A stretch of 63,384 nt of DNA, counting the filler, from Licmophora abbreviata (lineage: Eukaryota), in assembly GCA_900291995.1 (NCBI GenBank). It is 10 parts of 10 records of this genome, joined end to end, with 100 filler letters (N's around TTAATTAATTAA, not from the genome) between each part and the next. Parts side by side here need not be neighbours in the genome. Positions count along the whole stretch, not along the records: positions 1,187 to 13,954 come from OLMU01002662.1; positions 14,055 to 25,138 come from OLMU01002663.1; 8 more parts are not named here. One strand, given 5' to 3'. Position numbers and translations under genes: made by a program. A model generated the notes under the pieces. The model ran no database searches and was not told the DNA's origin. It saw only the letters and a program-made list of their open reading frames with translations. Positions 10,425 through 23,500 of the stretch are shown here, one piece after another; positions within the stretch are counted from its first letter, which is position 1, and each line of letters starts with the position of its first letter.

Positions 10425-12108
10425 ATGACAGCGCCCCGACGCAGTAATAAGGGCAGTAGCAACAGCAAAACTCGAGATCCGCCCTCACCGAACTCCATCC
10501 TGGATCGCAAAGCGCTGGAGCGAGCACTCGATGCACGGGATATTTCTCTAAAGAAGATTCACATGGACGCCTTCTACCAGTCGCTTCATCGTCAGCATTA
10601 TCCTCATCTTGACAAGTTTGTTGAGACCTACTACCGGCATGAGGCCAAATTGCCGGATGAGAACCCTGCGCTACCACTAAAGAATGCCATGTCGAAACAC
10701 AAGAACCGGAACCGTGTGCAGCTACCAAAAGTACTGCTGGAGTTTCTCAAAGACCCGACGAATGGCTTTGAGACGGTCACCTCGACCGTGGACTGTGCGC
10801 GAACGAGTGCGGATAAGACAACTACTAAACTGGCCGTGAAGCTGCACGATGGGCATGTTGTGGAGAGTGTCTTGATGCGCTATGTCACAAAGGATGGGAG
10901 CCGTGCCAGCTTGTGTGTCAGTTCCCAGGTCGGTTGTGCGATGGGATGTACGTTTTGTGCAACTGGTACCATGGGTATTCGAGGTAACTTGACGACAGGC
11001 GAAATTTTGGAGCAAGTAGTTCATGCCGACCGCATATTGGGAAAGGAAGCCATGGCACAGTCGAACTTGAAGGAAAACGAGAGAAAAAAGAATCTCGATC
11101 TTGTTCGAAACATTGTGTTCATGGGAATGGGGGAACCTTTGAACAATTATGAAAATGTTGTTGCGGCTTGCCGGGGGTTGATTGATCCAAAACGTTGGAA
11201 TCTGGCTCATGGCAAGGTGACCGTGTCGACTGTTGGCGTGATACCCCGGATTCGCGACTTGACGCGAGACTTGCCCGAAGTCTGTCTCGCGCTCAGCCTC
11301 CACGCCCCAAACCAGGAACTGCGAACCAAGATTGTTCCTACCGCCAAGGCGTACAAGATTGAGAAGCTGATTGATGCCCTAGACAACCACATGATGGCAT
11401 ACCTTGAGAAAGACTACGACGGAGCAAAGTGGACTCAGGCGCAGCGCGCAAAGGAGAGTACACGTCGAAGAGCCATGATTGAATACGTTATGCGTAAGTA
11501 CTATCCGTCGGATATGTTGATGTGAACTTTATTGGCCGTTTCTGACGAAATCCTTTTTGGTAATGGATTGTGCAGTGGAAGGCGAAACATCAACATTTGA
11601 ATGTGCTCATCAGCTCGGCAAGCTATGCGAAAACCGACGACTCGTGGTCAATCTCATTCCCTATAACCAAACGGACGTCAAAGACAAACTCCATTGTCCT
11701 AGCGAAACGCACATGAAGGAGTTTCAGGGAATCGTGGCTTCGTATGGCGCCTTTTGTACCATTCGTCGTACCATGGGGGCCGATATTGCAAGTGCATGCG
11801 GTCAGTTGGTGGTGGAAAACGAGAAAGAAACGGGAATGACTGAGCCTGTGGACATCGAAGACGGACCCTTTCAAAACAAGGAACGCGAACAGAAAGGTAT
11901 AAAGAGCACAAGCAACCCTAGAGTCGAGGTATCGACGACGACTCACGGAATCTCGACGAACGCAACGCCAAATAGTGCGACGAGTGGGGCGGATTTGGAC
12001 GACGAGTTGTCGAAGTGGATCATGCCGCTGTCGATAGCAACCAGTCTTGCTACTGCCTGCTTTGTGGTTTCCAGCGTATTATTTTTGTCACAAAAGCGAC
12101 GAAGATGA
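10425..12108 (+). CDS. rlmN: RlmN/Cfr-family radical SAM RNA methyltransferase with C-terminal transmembrane tail
   Basis: Motifs LCVSSQVGCAMGCTFCATG (CX3CX2C), NIVFMGMGEPL, LALSLHAPN, NLIPYN, DIASACGQL. Exons 10425-11493 and 11576-12108 (intron GTAAGT...TGCAG). Confidence 0.92.
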
Positions 12109-12322
12109 GACTTATCCAACGTCGCGTCTCGATTGCGCGAAAGGACACCATGATGGACGCACACACTACGTTTCCCCAATAATATAGAAGATGTTTATGA
12201 GTTAGTGTATTTAGTCTGTTCGCTCCATCTGTGATTCGATAGAGAAAGAACGAGAATCCTACCAGACCAAGCGTTTTCACTGTAGCACCCATGTAAAACA
12301 CCATCGTACCGTCACACCTTCA

Positions 12323-13163
12323 TCAACTGCTCCGCTCGTCCAACCCAACATGCGCCGCTCGACGAGAACGAACTGGAGAAAAAGAAAACGATCCACTTAG
12401 TGCCCTGGGAAGGATCAAGCGAGACGAACTGCGATGGGTGCCGCTAGAAAGATGTGCCGTCGACGATGACATGGGAATAGGCGAGGATTCCTCGTGGTGG
12501 CAACCAAGAGACTTTTCGGGGCTGACGACCGAAGAATCGCCAATTCTGTAGCCCGAGGATTCTCCATCCACTCCCTTGTATGCCCGATTGAACATTTCGA
12601 TCGGCGACAAGCGCGGGATCTTACAACGACGTCCATCCTTCCACGTGGTGGTGATCACCTTGAGAGTGACCTTTCTCTTGTTGCCAGCCTTTGCGCGAAT
12701 GGCCTCGCGTTCCTTTCGCAGCTGCTCCTTGCGAACGTGACGACGACGAAGCAGCTTTCGGGCGATGATAAAGGGTGTATCATCACTATTGTCATCTGAA
12801 GAACGGAACGACAGTACAGTAGATAGGAGTGCCGTTAGATAAACTTTGAATATGCCGTCGTCACATCAGAGTCGACGGCACCATGGCGGTGCGTCGGGAT
12901 GTAGCCACAGACGACTTACCTGCGCTGTCGTCGAGTTCAGCAAAGAGAGAGCCCCCATCCTCATCCATTAGTGTCTCGAGCAAGTCTTCTGAAGCAGGTT
13001 GAGGCTGATCTGAGATACTGAGGCCTTCAAACAGGGACGTCTCGCTGTCTGGCGAAGCACTCGACGATACTACGGAGGTACCCAGGATCCTGGGCGCGCC
13101 TTGGGCATCGACATCGCCAACACACACCACAGTGTCTTCCGTACATTCACGAGGGCTACTCAT
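12323..13163 (-). CDS. Hypothetical protein (acidic N-half, basic Arg/Lys-rich middle, Ser-rich end)
   Basis: Exon 13163-12920, intron 12919-12796 (GTAAGT...TTCAG), exon 12795-12323 joins two ORFs in frame. No domain recognised. Confidence 0.6.
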
Positions 13164-13681
13164 AGCAATGTGACGAGACAGTAGACTGTTCAGATTGACT
13201 GTTATTGAATCCCCGAAGGCCGCCCCTCGAATGTCTGGCGACCAAAACAATGAAAGGAGGTCGTTGTCTAGACGCATCGCCGTAGTCTATCGCCGTTGCC
13301 CTCGCTTTTTCATTCAAATCAAAAAATTGTGAGGCAACATGAATCGACTCTTCAGGACGGGAGGTTTATATGCGACTTTGGCTAAGTACACTTAACGACT
13401 GACATTTTTAATTAGCATAATCATGTCTTTTAGCATTTTAATATTCATCCAATTTCACCACTATTTTCGCGCGACGGTCCGTGAGTCTATCCAATTTATC
13501 TCTTAGTTTCAGTATGTTCCTACAAGGATTCGCATCGTATATAGAAAATGTACCCAGCTCTACACACCGTTTAATTGCTTCGCTCAAATTTTGGCGCCAA
13601 AAGTGTCTCTCAACGCATGCACAACGGATGCAAAGTCACACATCAGTTGAAAGAAGCCCAAACATCATCTTCCAAAGGACC

Positions 13682-14360
13682 ATGGCAAACAGGAGCATCC
13701 ATCCCGCATACCCGGCGAGTTACCGCCAGGGCGAGCAGCAGGTCGGTGGAAAACTGGGAATGGCGGGTACGAGTCTGCAGCTAGGAGGAGACAACGAAAC
13801 TCTGAAGAAACTAAGTCACCTTCACGTTGAAGAAACGAAAGTGGACTCCAAGGCTGCTAGGGAAGCAGCTGTAATGAGATACAATCAAGCCCGTGCTCAT
13901 GAAGTGAAAAAGACGACAACTGAAAAGGCACGTGAGGAAAGTGCTGGCGAACTTNNNNNNNNNNNNNNNNNNNNNNNNNNNNNNNNNNNNNNNNNNNNTT
14001 AATTAATTAANNNNNNNNNNNNNNNNNNNNNNNNNNNNNNNNNNNNNNNNNNNNAAGCTGGATTCCAAGACGGCTCGAGAGCTGGCCGTTGCGAAATACG
14101 AACGCTCCAAGGGCTGGACAGTGGAGGAGCAAATGAAGGCGAGCACTAACTCGACTCTGAAATCGACGGCTCAGCCGGTTTGGAAACTCGAAAAAATGGC
14201 TGAAGGCCGAGAGTGTACCGTCTCACCGGAAGACATACGGGACCCTGACACAGTGGCCGGAATGAAGTGCAAGTACGATGTGGATCTCGAAAAGATTGCC
14301 ACCGCAAAGGCTCTCAGGTATTTGGATAAGCACGACTACTCTGGCCATGGCATCGTGTAA
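13682..14360 (+). CDS. Hypothetical protein of about 190 aa spanning a scaffold gap, with an internal repeat
   Basis: ATG 13682 (MANRSIHPAY). Abutting 13954 to 14055 keeps the frame (..AGEL-KLDSK..). Repeat KVDSKAAREAAVMRY / KLDSKTARELAVAKY. Confidence 0.65.
13955..14054. other. Artificial scaffold spacer
   Basis: N44-TTAATTAATTAA-N44. Confidence 0.98.
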
Positions 14361-14529
14361 ATGCCCTCCGATGATGGCAAAAGTGAAGTGGCTCCGTTTT
14401 TGTTACGTGTGTCGCCTTATAGTCGATTGGCGTAGGTCAGTAAAAGGCATCCTACCGAAATAAGTTCGTTCTACTAGTGTTACTCGTCTGCATGAATGTC
14501 AGTGAAGTGCACGGTCTTGTTCCTATTCT

Positions 14530-17500
14530 CTATTTGTGGCCTTGAAGCTGCGCTATGATCTCAAACCACTGTCTGAGCGTATCGCCGAGGACGTCTGGCA
14601 GCGAGTGAAGGTCTTCGAGAACAATATAGTAAGGGAATGGATAATCTTCGATGAATTGCTTCACTTTCGGCTTCCCATTGTCGAACGAAACCTCCTTCAT
14701 GTGAATGATGCTATCGTTCTTCTTTCTTGGTCCAGTGCTCTCTTCTCCCTCCACAATGATCATGACCAATAAAATGTTGTGCTCCGCCATTTCTCTAACG
14801 AGTCGTCGCAAAGTCGCGCGACTGTCGCGTTCGATTCTTCCATCGCTAATGAGAAAAAAAGTTGCAGCGATGCATGGTCACCCTCTGCTTTCATGACGGA
14901 CAGGGCACTCTCGACACACAGCGCCGTTCGCGTTCGTTTTTCATTGAAAGGGAAGCTATGAACAATGTTCGCGCCATTCTCTAACGTAAACGGTTGATTG
15001 AAGGGGTGAACAAGTCGCATTTCTTCTCCAAAGCTAGCAATGCCTAGTTGTCCAATCTCCAATTGGCTCATTCCTGTCGCGAGCGTCGCTAGAGCAGCAA
15101 GCGCCATGTCTCCCGCCTGACTCCTTTGCATGCTCTCCGAATCATCGACGGCTAAGAGCACGCGATAGCTTCGTTTCGCGGGCTTGGTACGTCGAAGCCA
15201 GATCTTGTCCTTTCGGTATCCACTTGCAATATAGCTGATAACTCGCTTCATGTTGATCCGCTTGCCAGTACGATAATCACCACGAAGCTTGTTGGCTACG
15301 AGGGGCTCCATGACAAGACGAAGCTTCTCACACAATCGCCGAGCCACGTTCTGCGTATCGCATTGAATTTTAGACCAACGCGCCCTCGCTACAGCCACCT
15401 CGGCGTCGGTCATTCCGCTGGCGTGTTCGTCTTCTACAATGGCACCCTTCAGAGCAATAGAATCCGCTTCCAAGTCAACTTCTCCGGCTACTCGCAGCTG
15501 AGCAAGATCCGACACCACTCGATCCCCGAACGAGCACTCCTTATCTGCGGAGTCTTCGGCGCCTTCATCTTGGAATGACTGGTCGTCAACATTCATTTCG
15601 TTCTCGTCAGGTTCAGCATTGTACTGGTCGATACCTTCTTGCTCCGCTTCATTGACGTCGCTTGACGTTCGGGAAGATTTCGAGGTCCGAGAGGTTGTCT
15701 TTGGTTCATTCGGTTGTCGATTATTGGCCGATGGGGGGTCCCCCTGTTCTTTGCTATTATCAGTGGGCTCTTCCTGCATTGGATCTAGACGAGCCACCTC
15801 ATCCTTGTTGGTTTCGCCAAGTACCTGAGTAGAGTCGTTTTGATGCTGTGATGAGAACTCAAATTCGCCCCTCGAATCCATGGGGTCATTCAAGTCTAAT
15901 GAACTCTCCTCAAGGACGTTTGATTGAGGCTCGGTAATCTTGAGTTTCTTGTGCCAGTACTTTGTCGCGTCTCCAGAGTCTTGAAACGGGTTCGGTGCAC
16001 GATCGGAATTTTGTGGGTCGTCTTGAGGAAGCGAGCGGTCCGCGGCGTTTGATAGTTGGCCGGATTCTCCCCCGCTACCATCGTTCCCACCAGAAAGACC
16101 AGGCTGATTAGCCTGATCGGCCATACCTGCGTCTTCCCCTTCGCCCTCTCCTCCCGTTTCGTCGTCCTCGTCGATCTCTCCTATTATGTTGTCAATTCCA
16201 TCTTTGGCATTGATCCCCTGTGTTTTCACTTCGCCTCTTTCGTTATGAGGCATGTCTATCTCGAGGTCGTCTCCTTGTTCCTCTGCTTCAGGGCCGGTGT
16301 CCTCTTTGCTGTCATTAGCGGTGTCGGCCGTATGCGACCCAGCTTTCGTAGTTTCTTCTGCAATCGCTTCAATATCCTCTTCGTCTATCTCACTGCTTTG
16401 CTCGTCTATTTGCTCAAGTGTCGCATCTTCTCCATGATCTTCATCTTCGTCGTTACCGCGACTGCCGTCTTCATCTTCTCCCTTGGGTGTTTCCTCAGTG
16501 CTGTCTGGCTCGTGCTGATTGAGATTCAGGTCGTCCGCCAGATCGTCAGCCTCCACGTGTTGCTCATTGCGAACATCGATTCCTGCATGCTTGTCCTCGT
16601 AGTTGTCTTCCATGTCTTCATTGACTTCGTCGAGGTCACTCTGATCCCTTTGTGCGTCTTCAGTAGTTTTCATGCTCGCGGCGGCAGTTTCGTCCTTAGA
16701 CTTTTCCTCGCCCTGCTCGTCATTTTCCCTTGTTCTTACTTCATCCTCAAGGGCCTCGCCCTTAAGCTTGCTATCATGCTCAAACTTTTCATTCTCGTGG
16801 CTCTCGTCGCCCTCGTCGTCGCTGGAGTCCCATAACTTCTCGTCAACGACTTGTTCATTTGCGTTGGGTCCATCTGCCATCTCACGGTCGAGCTCTTCAC
16901 CGTCGTCCCCGTCATCCTTTTCTTCTTCTGGGTCGTGTTCCGGCACATCAAACGTATCGCCTGAAAAGTCCCCTTCCATTTCCATGCCCTGTTGAGCCTC
17001 CTCCTCACCCAACTGCTTCGATTCTGGCCTGTCGTCCGTACCGTCTTCACAGTTCTGGTCTTTCAGTCCCAGAAGTTGTTCTTCACTTTCAAGCTGGTCT
17101 GTCACATCCTGTTTTCCTTCACCTTCACCCATCCCTGTGCCGTCCTGGTCCTCGTCGAAGTTCAAACCACTAATATTCCCTTCTCCAGATCCCTCACCTC
17201 CATCTTCGGAGTCGAGAGAACAGAATCCTTTCGCAACGAGGACACGAAAGACTCGAACACACACATAGTTCAGCTTAGTTGATTCAGAGTAAAACCCAAT
17301 AAGCTCGTGAATCTTGCGCTTCGTGGTTTCCAACAATGTATGAGCAAGGTCAGCGAGATCGGATGAAACAGCCACACAGAAGTCCCTTTCTGGTGACGGG
17401 GCCAAACAATTATCATGGAGAACCCGAAGGGAAGATGCGAGCTTGTCGTACTTGACGTGAACGTTGCTGAGATTCAGAGCCGCCAACTCACCGGAGGCTG

Positions 17501-20500
17501 CCTCGTGACATTCGAAAAGGGTTTTTGCGTCAATCGTTTCAGAAGGGGATTGATTTGTCGCCTGGGAATCTTTCATAAGCCCTTGGACCGAAAGAAGGGC
17601 CGCCTGTACAACGGACGACACATCGCACAAAACTTCCGAAGCGCCCACCCTGCCCAGGACGAGTGTATCGCCTTTGTCGGTGTTTGGGCTTAGAATGCAC
17701 GATCCAAGAGTCACTGTTCGCTGGATTTCGTTAAGACACGGAGAATAGATGTCGTCCGGCAGGTATTGGGACTCCTTACAATTCCGATTCATTTCCTGTA
17801 CCTGTTTTTCAACAGTTCTCATTGCTTTCATGGAGTCAGCGATTGCCTGCAGGCCTCCATCTGTCGTAAAGAGCGACGGCATCGGCGGCCGACTTCCATT
17901 CAACGTAGCTATGCAGCTCTCCAAGCATGCGACGTAATCACGTATCTTCTCCGACTTGACCACACTTTCCATTGATAGCAAAGTCCTCCCTTTCAGAAGG
18001 GACAGCTCTGTTATGTTCTCTGTGACAGAAGAGAACGCCTCGTGGAATCGCCGTATCAACTTACCCAGGTAAGTTTGTCCAATGGGAAGACGTGGACCCA
18101 AGCCTGAAAAGTCATCGTTCAACCTTTGTAGGAAGCTAGCGGTTGAAAGCACTTTAGCGAGCAAGCATCTCTGCTGCGTGATGAAGAGGTAGCCGTGATC
18201 TCCAAAGCTCTGCATCACTTGCATCTCGCGATTGTTCATGTACCTACTCCCGGTCATCAGTATTTCGGTCCTCATTCGACTCAGCTCGGCCGTGATCTTC
18301 TGAAAGTAGGCCTCTCCGCGTTCAAGTGCGGACACATCTACCGAAGTCATGACATTGTAAGACGCGACAGGAATCGGCAGCTGAAGAATATGGACCATTT
18401 CACTGATTTCTCTTGGAACGGCCCATTTTGTTGTGCGGTACCCTTCAGCTTTCAAAGCCTTAAAGAGATCCGCAAGAGCTCGTTTTTTCATTTGTTTTGA
18501 GCTATTTACTTTCCGTAGAGATTCTATCCGTTCGAAGATAGAATAGCAAAGAAGCGACGCCTTTTCTGTTCCCTCGCGCGACCACGATGTAGATTTCTGT
18601 TCTTTGCGAAGGAGGGACGACATTCGGTGTCTGTAGCGGCCCATATCGGATACAAATTGGTCGCTTGAAGCAAGATGAGGAACCAGGCCTCCCACTCTAC
18701 GTGCAACTGCAACTGTACTGTCGACGCGAAGACTTGTTGCAGCTGTACGTTCCAACGCCTTCTCAGGCACTTCATCATGCAGCAGATCAAACATAGAACG
18801 AAGAGACGGAATGAAACTGGAGTCGTTGCTTGTCTCGTCACTCTGTCCTACACCTCGACAAATAAGTCTCTCCAAGATCGAAGCAATACTGGTTTCCAGC
18901 ACTTCGTCGTACTGGCGCAGTAGACGCATAACTTTGCGCTGATTCTTTTCAGACGATTCTGCAAGGGCGTAGTACGACTGTTCATCCCACTTTGAAAGTC
19001 GCGCCTCATCCTTCAAGCGATCCTCGATCGGTCGCCTCGCATCGGCACGATGCGACTCAATTGCAGGAAGAAACTGGCGATAGTAGACGACGATTGCTGA
19101 AAGCATGTGGGCAACTCTGATCTGATGAGTGTCTGCTTTAGTCGCAGCAGAGGCAGAGCAGACAAACTGATTTGCGAATGAGCCGACGATAGCGAGCCGC
19201 TCTGGCCACTCGCCAAGCGAAGCCGTAAGGAGGAACGTGTCAACGGCTTGCGTCAGATCCACAAGCTCTTTTTGGACACAGGACGAAAGTTCGGAGGAAG
19301 CAAGGCTTCGCATGGCTTGAACAATCCCCTTCCAAACCCAAGGAGGGCAATCCGAGAGTTGTTCTCGGCTTTTCTCACTTGAGCCGCAATCGGGATCGGT
19401 ACGTGTATGGAGTAGACTGTACAGTCTCGCCCAGAGGCCCCGGGCGCGCTTCACGTATCTTCGCTCACGCATATCCAGCAGCAAAGACCAGCTTTCTACT
19501 TCGAGCTTCCGCCATCTAGCCACCAAAGAGCTAACCACCTTTAGAGGTTGGCCCAGCTTTACGCGATCACTTGCGTGCTGCTCCCACTCTTGAGCTTTTT
19601 TTAGAACGACCTCGAGACCTTTCAGCACTTTGCCGACAGAAGTTGAGTGCAAGGGCAACTTAAGCACTCTTTCAACAACCTGGCCGATACCCACAAGAAC
19701 TGCGTGGCCAGGAAATACTGTCAACAGCTCCAGCGTTCTAGCATACAGCTGCCGGACAGGGCCCGACGATTTCACGACCTCAGATGGGTTCGCTTCCGTG
19801 TAGAAGTCCACGGTGCCATCAGGGTCGGTCAAATTTATTGCCGAAGCGCCGAGAGCTGGGCTGTAGGAGAGTGCCATTAAATGCCCTCCCATAGGCTCAT
19901 CATTCAATTCTGAAGCATTACAGCCAGTGCCAGTTAGAACAGTGTGACCGAGGAAGAAAGCGGCAAGATACGATAGGTGAAAAGCGCGAATACGGCTGTG
20001 AGCCAAGCGACCCAGTGTCGGTTTCCTGAAAATATCCCTGTGCAGACAGCTCAACAATGAAGCTTGTTCTTCCTGGAGATAAATGCCACCGAAAGAAACA
20101 TTGGTATCATCCCGTGGCACATTAGGCAACGGTGAATCCTCCTCTGAATTATCATTCTGAGCAGCATCATCAACAAGAATACTCTGGAACTCGGCGGCGT
20201 GGTCTGGGAACTGCTCACGGAATAATTTTTCGATCGCCGCCTCCTCTGTTTCCGGTGCCTCTCCAGTCTGAATATCGAGTTTTTTCAGCCATGCTTTTGC
20301 CAGATGCAGAAGAAGCATGTTGCATTCGACGATGTCGTCCATTTTGAACTGAGAATCAACGTGTTTTCGAAGATCGAAACGGCTCAGCCTCGCGAGCGAA
20401 AGTGCCAATGACCAAACATTGGCCTCCCTCTCGTTGTCACTCTCCTCATCAGCAGTCTTTCCAAATGAATGAGATTGTGGTGTGTTCAAGCCCAAGTTTC

Positions 20501-23500
20501 CCAGTGGGTAGAGCAACAGGGAATGGAGGATTTTCATTTTTTGGATCTGTGAGTTGTTTTTGGGTTTCAAACAGACATGGCAAAGCAGGCTAAGCCCACG
20601 TCTCACGCTCTGGATCGAATTTGCGAATGGCACAACAACGTCTTCGTATGGTGAAAAATGAGTCAACAGCCGACTGCAGAACGAATCTGCTGTGCCTTGC
20701 CAGGCGCACTCCCACTGGATCGCCTTCTCGCTCTCCATGTGCGACGTCCGAGCCCGTCGGATGGATGCGACTAGATCAAGAACCCCGCCGTCGTTCATGA
20801 CAGATTTCCAGAAGTTACGGGACTCGCGGAAGAGATCCACGAACGGCGGGGAAAGTGAGGGACGTTCAATCATCTTGCTGTACTGCTTAGAGCGCTTGGC
20901 GGTCGCCTGTTCGCCCTCAAATATCAAAGCACGACTCTCCAGTGTCTCGGGTGAGAATTCCCCATAGAGAAATCCGGAATCCAGTCGAATGGCGGCGAGT
21001 TTCGCTTGAGTTGCAACAAGGTAACGATCCAATTGTAAGACCTTGGCAGCTGGTTTCTTTCCCGGGTCCAGCGGCGATCGAGGTACAAAGAAATGCATTT
21101 CCAGAAGGCCTCCGTATATCCAGGCTAGACCTTTGCTCTCCCCGTCATTGCTTGAACTCGTAAGAGCAGAGAAAAGTGGAGCGATGACAGAATGCAGACA
21201 GTCTTTCCAAGTTGGATGACTACAGGCCCAAATAAGTCCTTGCAATTCCTTTGCGTCCGTCCTGTGTAAACTGTCTGGATCTAAGAGCAAGTTGAGCAGC
21301 ACCGCTCCAGCATCCCTGGCAAAGGTAGGCTCGAGGGCCCGCACGACGTTCGCGGTAAGGAAATATACCTGACGGATTTCGGAGCAAAACCCTTTCTCGA
21401 CTGGTAGTGAAGTAAGGTCTCCGACGAGGGTGCTCAGCTGTTGAGCTCGTGATCCGTGATTTTCGATAGTGGTACAGGTGGTGCCCCAGGTCGAAGCAAA
21501 TGATGCTGAAAATTCTCCCCCAGAAAGTCTGAATACTACCTCAGTTCTTACCGGCTGAAACAACCTCGCCGGCCCACAAACACGGTAAGTGGGTCCCAAC
21601 TCCCTGTCAACTGCATACATTTCTGGGGCGGTGTCTGTCCATGGCACCGGCATCCTGAGCTCATGAGATATAGCCGAAAGATCCGCGAAAGTATTACTCC
21701 ACATGTGTTTGGTGGCGGCGGATATCATACGGGGCAGAAGACTGCCCACGAAGTCATTTACCGAAAGTTCCCTATGCAAACAGCTGTTTGTACTCTTGCA
21801 TGCCCAGAGCAATGTCTGAAAAGGACGAAGATCGGATACAGGCCACGTAGACCGAGAAACGGCAATCCTGACGAAATTTTCCAATCTGTTTGCTAATGCC
21901 CGATATTGATCTCCAATGCTTGAATCGCCACGCGTCCCTAGATTGAGACGGAAGATATCTTCTAGTAAGCCTTGCTCTTCCCTCACGCACCATAACTCAA
22001 CCAGTGGGGAAAGCTGCAATCCAGCGTACCAATGGAGCGCCTTGTCAGCAAAACACGTCTGAGAGGCTGCGAAATTGAGCGCTTCCACCTTCTTCAAATC
22101 AATAAAATTGTCTTTGCCATTGATTTCGAAGTCGATCCGAGTCGCAGCGTGGTGATCCCTACGCTCCTCCACCTTCTTCCGTATCGCATTGCTTGCCTCT
22201 CGAATGTCAAAAGAAGCAGAGTTGAAATTGGACTTTTTCAATACTTCATCGGTCGACGACACAAATGCCATCGACATGGCGCCCAAAATATCAGTCTTGT
22301 CTTCGTTACTGACGTAGAGGCCGAGGTGGTGATCTTCTAAAAGACCACCAAGACTAACGGCCGCTCCGCGAGGGAACCGACCGCCCCAATCCCTGTCGAC
22401 AGAACATTCATGAGCGAGATCAAGGATGGATTGAAGAGAGACCCAATCATCAGCTTTTTTCGGGACTCTCGGATGTCCCGCCCTCCAGACCATAGTTATC
22501 AAACGTCCCACATGTCCTTTTTCGCCAAACAGAATGCGATTTATGCCGGCAGTCAACATGATAGCGTTGTCGTCTAAGCGAGCCTGTATATCTCTTTCCG
22601 ACAACGTTCGTTGTACTTTTGTGATGCTTTTGTTTAGCCATGTCCAATGAACGATGAAACCAGATTCGTCGAATCCTATAAATGAAGCCGCGCCAGGCGA
22701 CGTGTACCGCATCTCACGAAGATAGATCCACATTCGATCAATATGACTAAGTAGCTTCTCCAGGGTATGGACGAAGTCTTCCCCTTTTCCATCGATCGCT
22801 CTAATCTGAAGGGCAACACGGGCTGTCCACTCTTCGATCGCACAGATCAAGGGATAGAGCAGTGGGGTCACCGGACAATTAACGAGCGAGCCGTCAATGG
22901 TTCCTTCGTGTAGGCAATAAGACACCTCAATAGCACTCAAACTTTGTGAGCAAAGCATTTCCGATGGAGCTCGGACGGAGATCCTTTGGAGTGTCATTTT
23001 CTGTAGCGTTTTTGATACCGAGCGACGTAAACTGATCGCCTGAAAGAAGTCACGGTCCTTCCGCGAGCCACTCGGCAGCTGAGACGTCATGAGCCGTGAG
23101 AGTGTCTTGTTATCGCCCGGATATCCCTCAAGCCAAGAAGAATAGCGCTGGGGGGCATACGACGACCTGGCAAGAAACATGCGTAGAGCCATTAGCCGTA
23201 GGGTCAACAGAGCCTGCACTCCATCGGGAACTACAGGACACATCTGACCGTATCGCACGATCCACTGGTCTGGCTCCTGGGCTTCGACCCGAAACCTTGA
23301 TAATCCATACGGAAAAAGGTTAGAGGCTTGGTGGTGCGTGCTCTTCCAGGAGCGGAAAGTCTTGACAAGGCAAGACTGAAACAACACCGTCGACTCTTCG
23401 GGACTAAGAGACCATCCCCACCGAAGCGGTGGACTTCCAATTATGGGCAACGGAGCAATACACATTTTCGAATCATTACATCCTTTGAACAGAGCGTCGA

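Noticed and set aside
10425..12108. Cfr-type antibiotic resistance gene
   Set aside because: Intron-containing nuclear gene; nothing visible distinguishes it as Cfr rather than a housekeeping RlmN-like enzyme.
16056..16835. Hydrophobic 259-aa + strand ORF (and similar antisense ORFs such as 38711-39157, 41760-42377, 47569-48273, 32503-33378)
   Set aside because: Antisense shadows of real genes; D/E-rich codons read as F/L/V/I-rich on the opposite strand.
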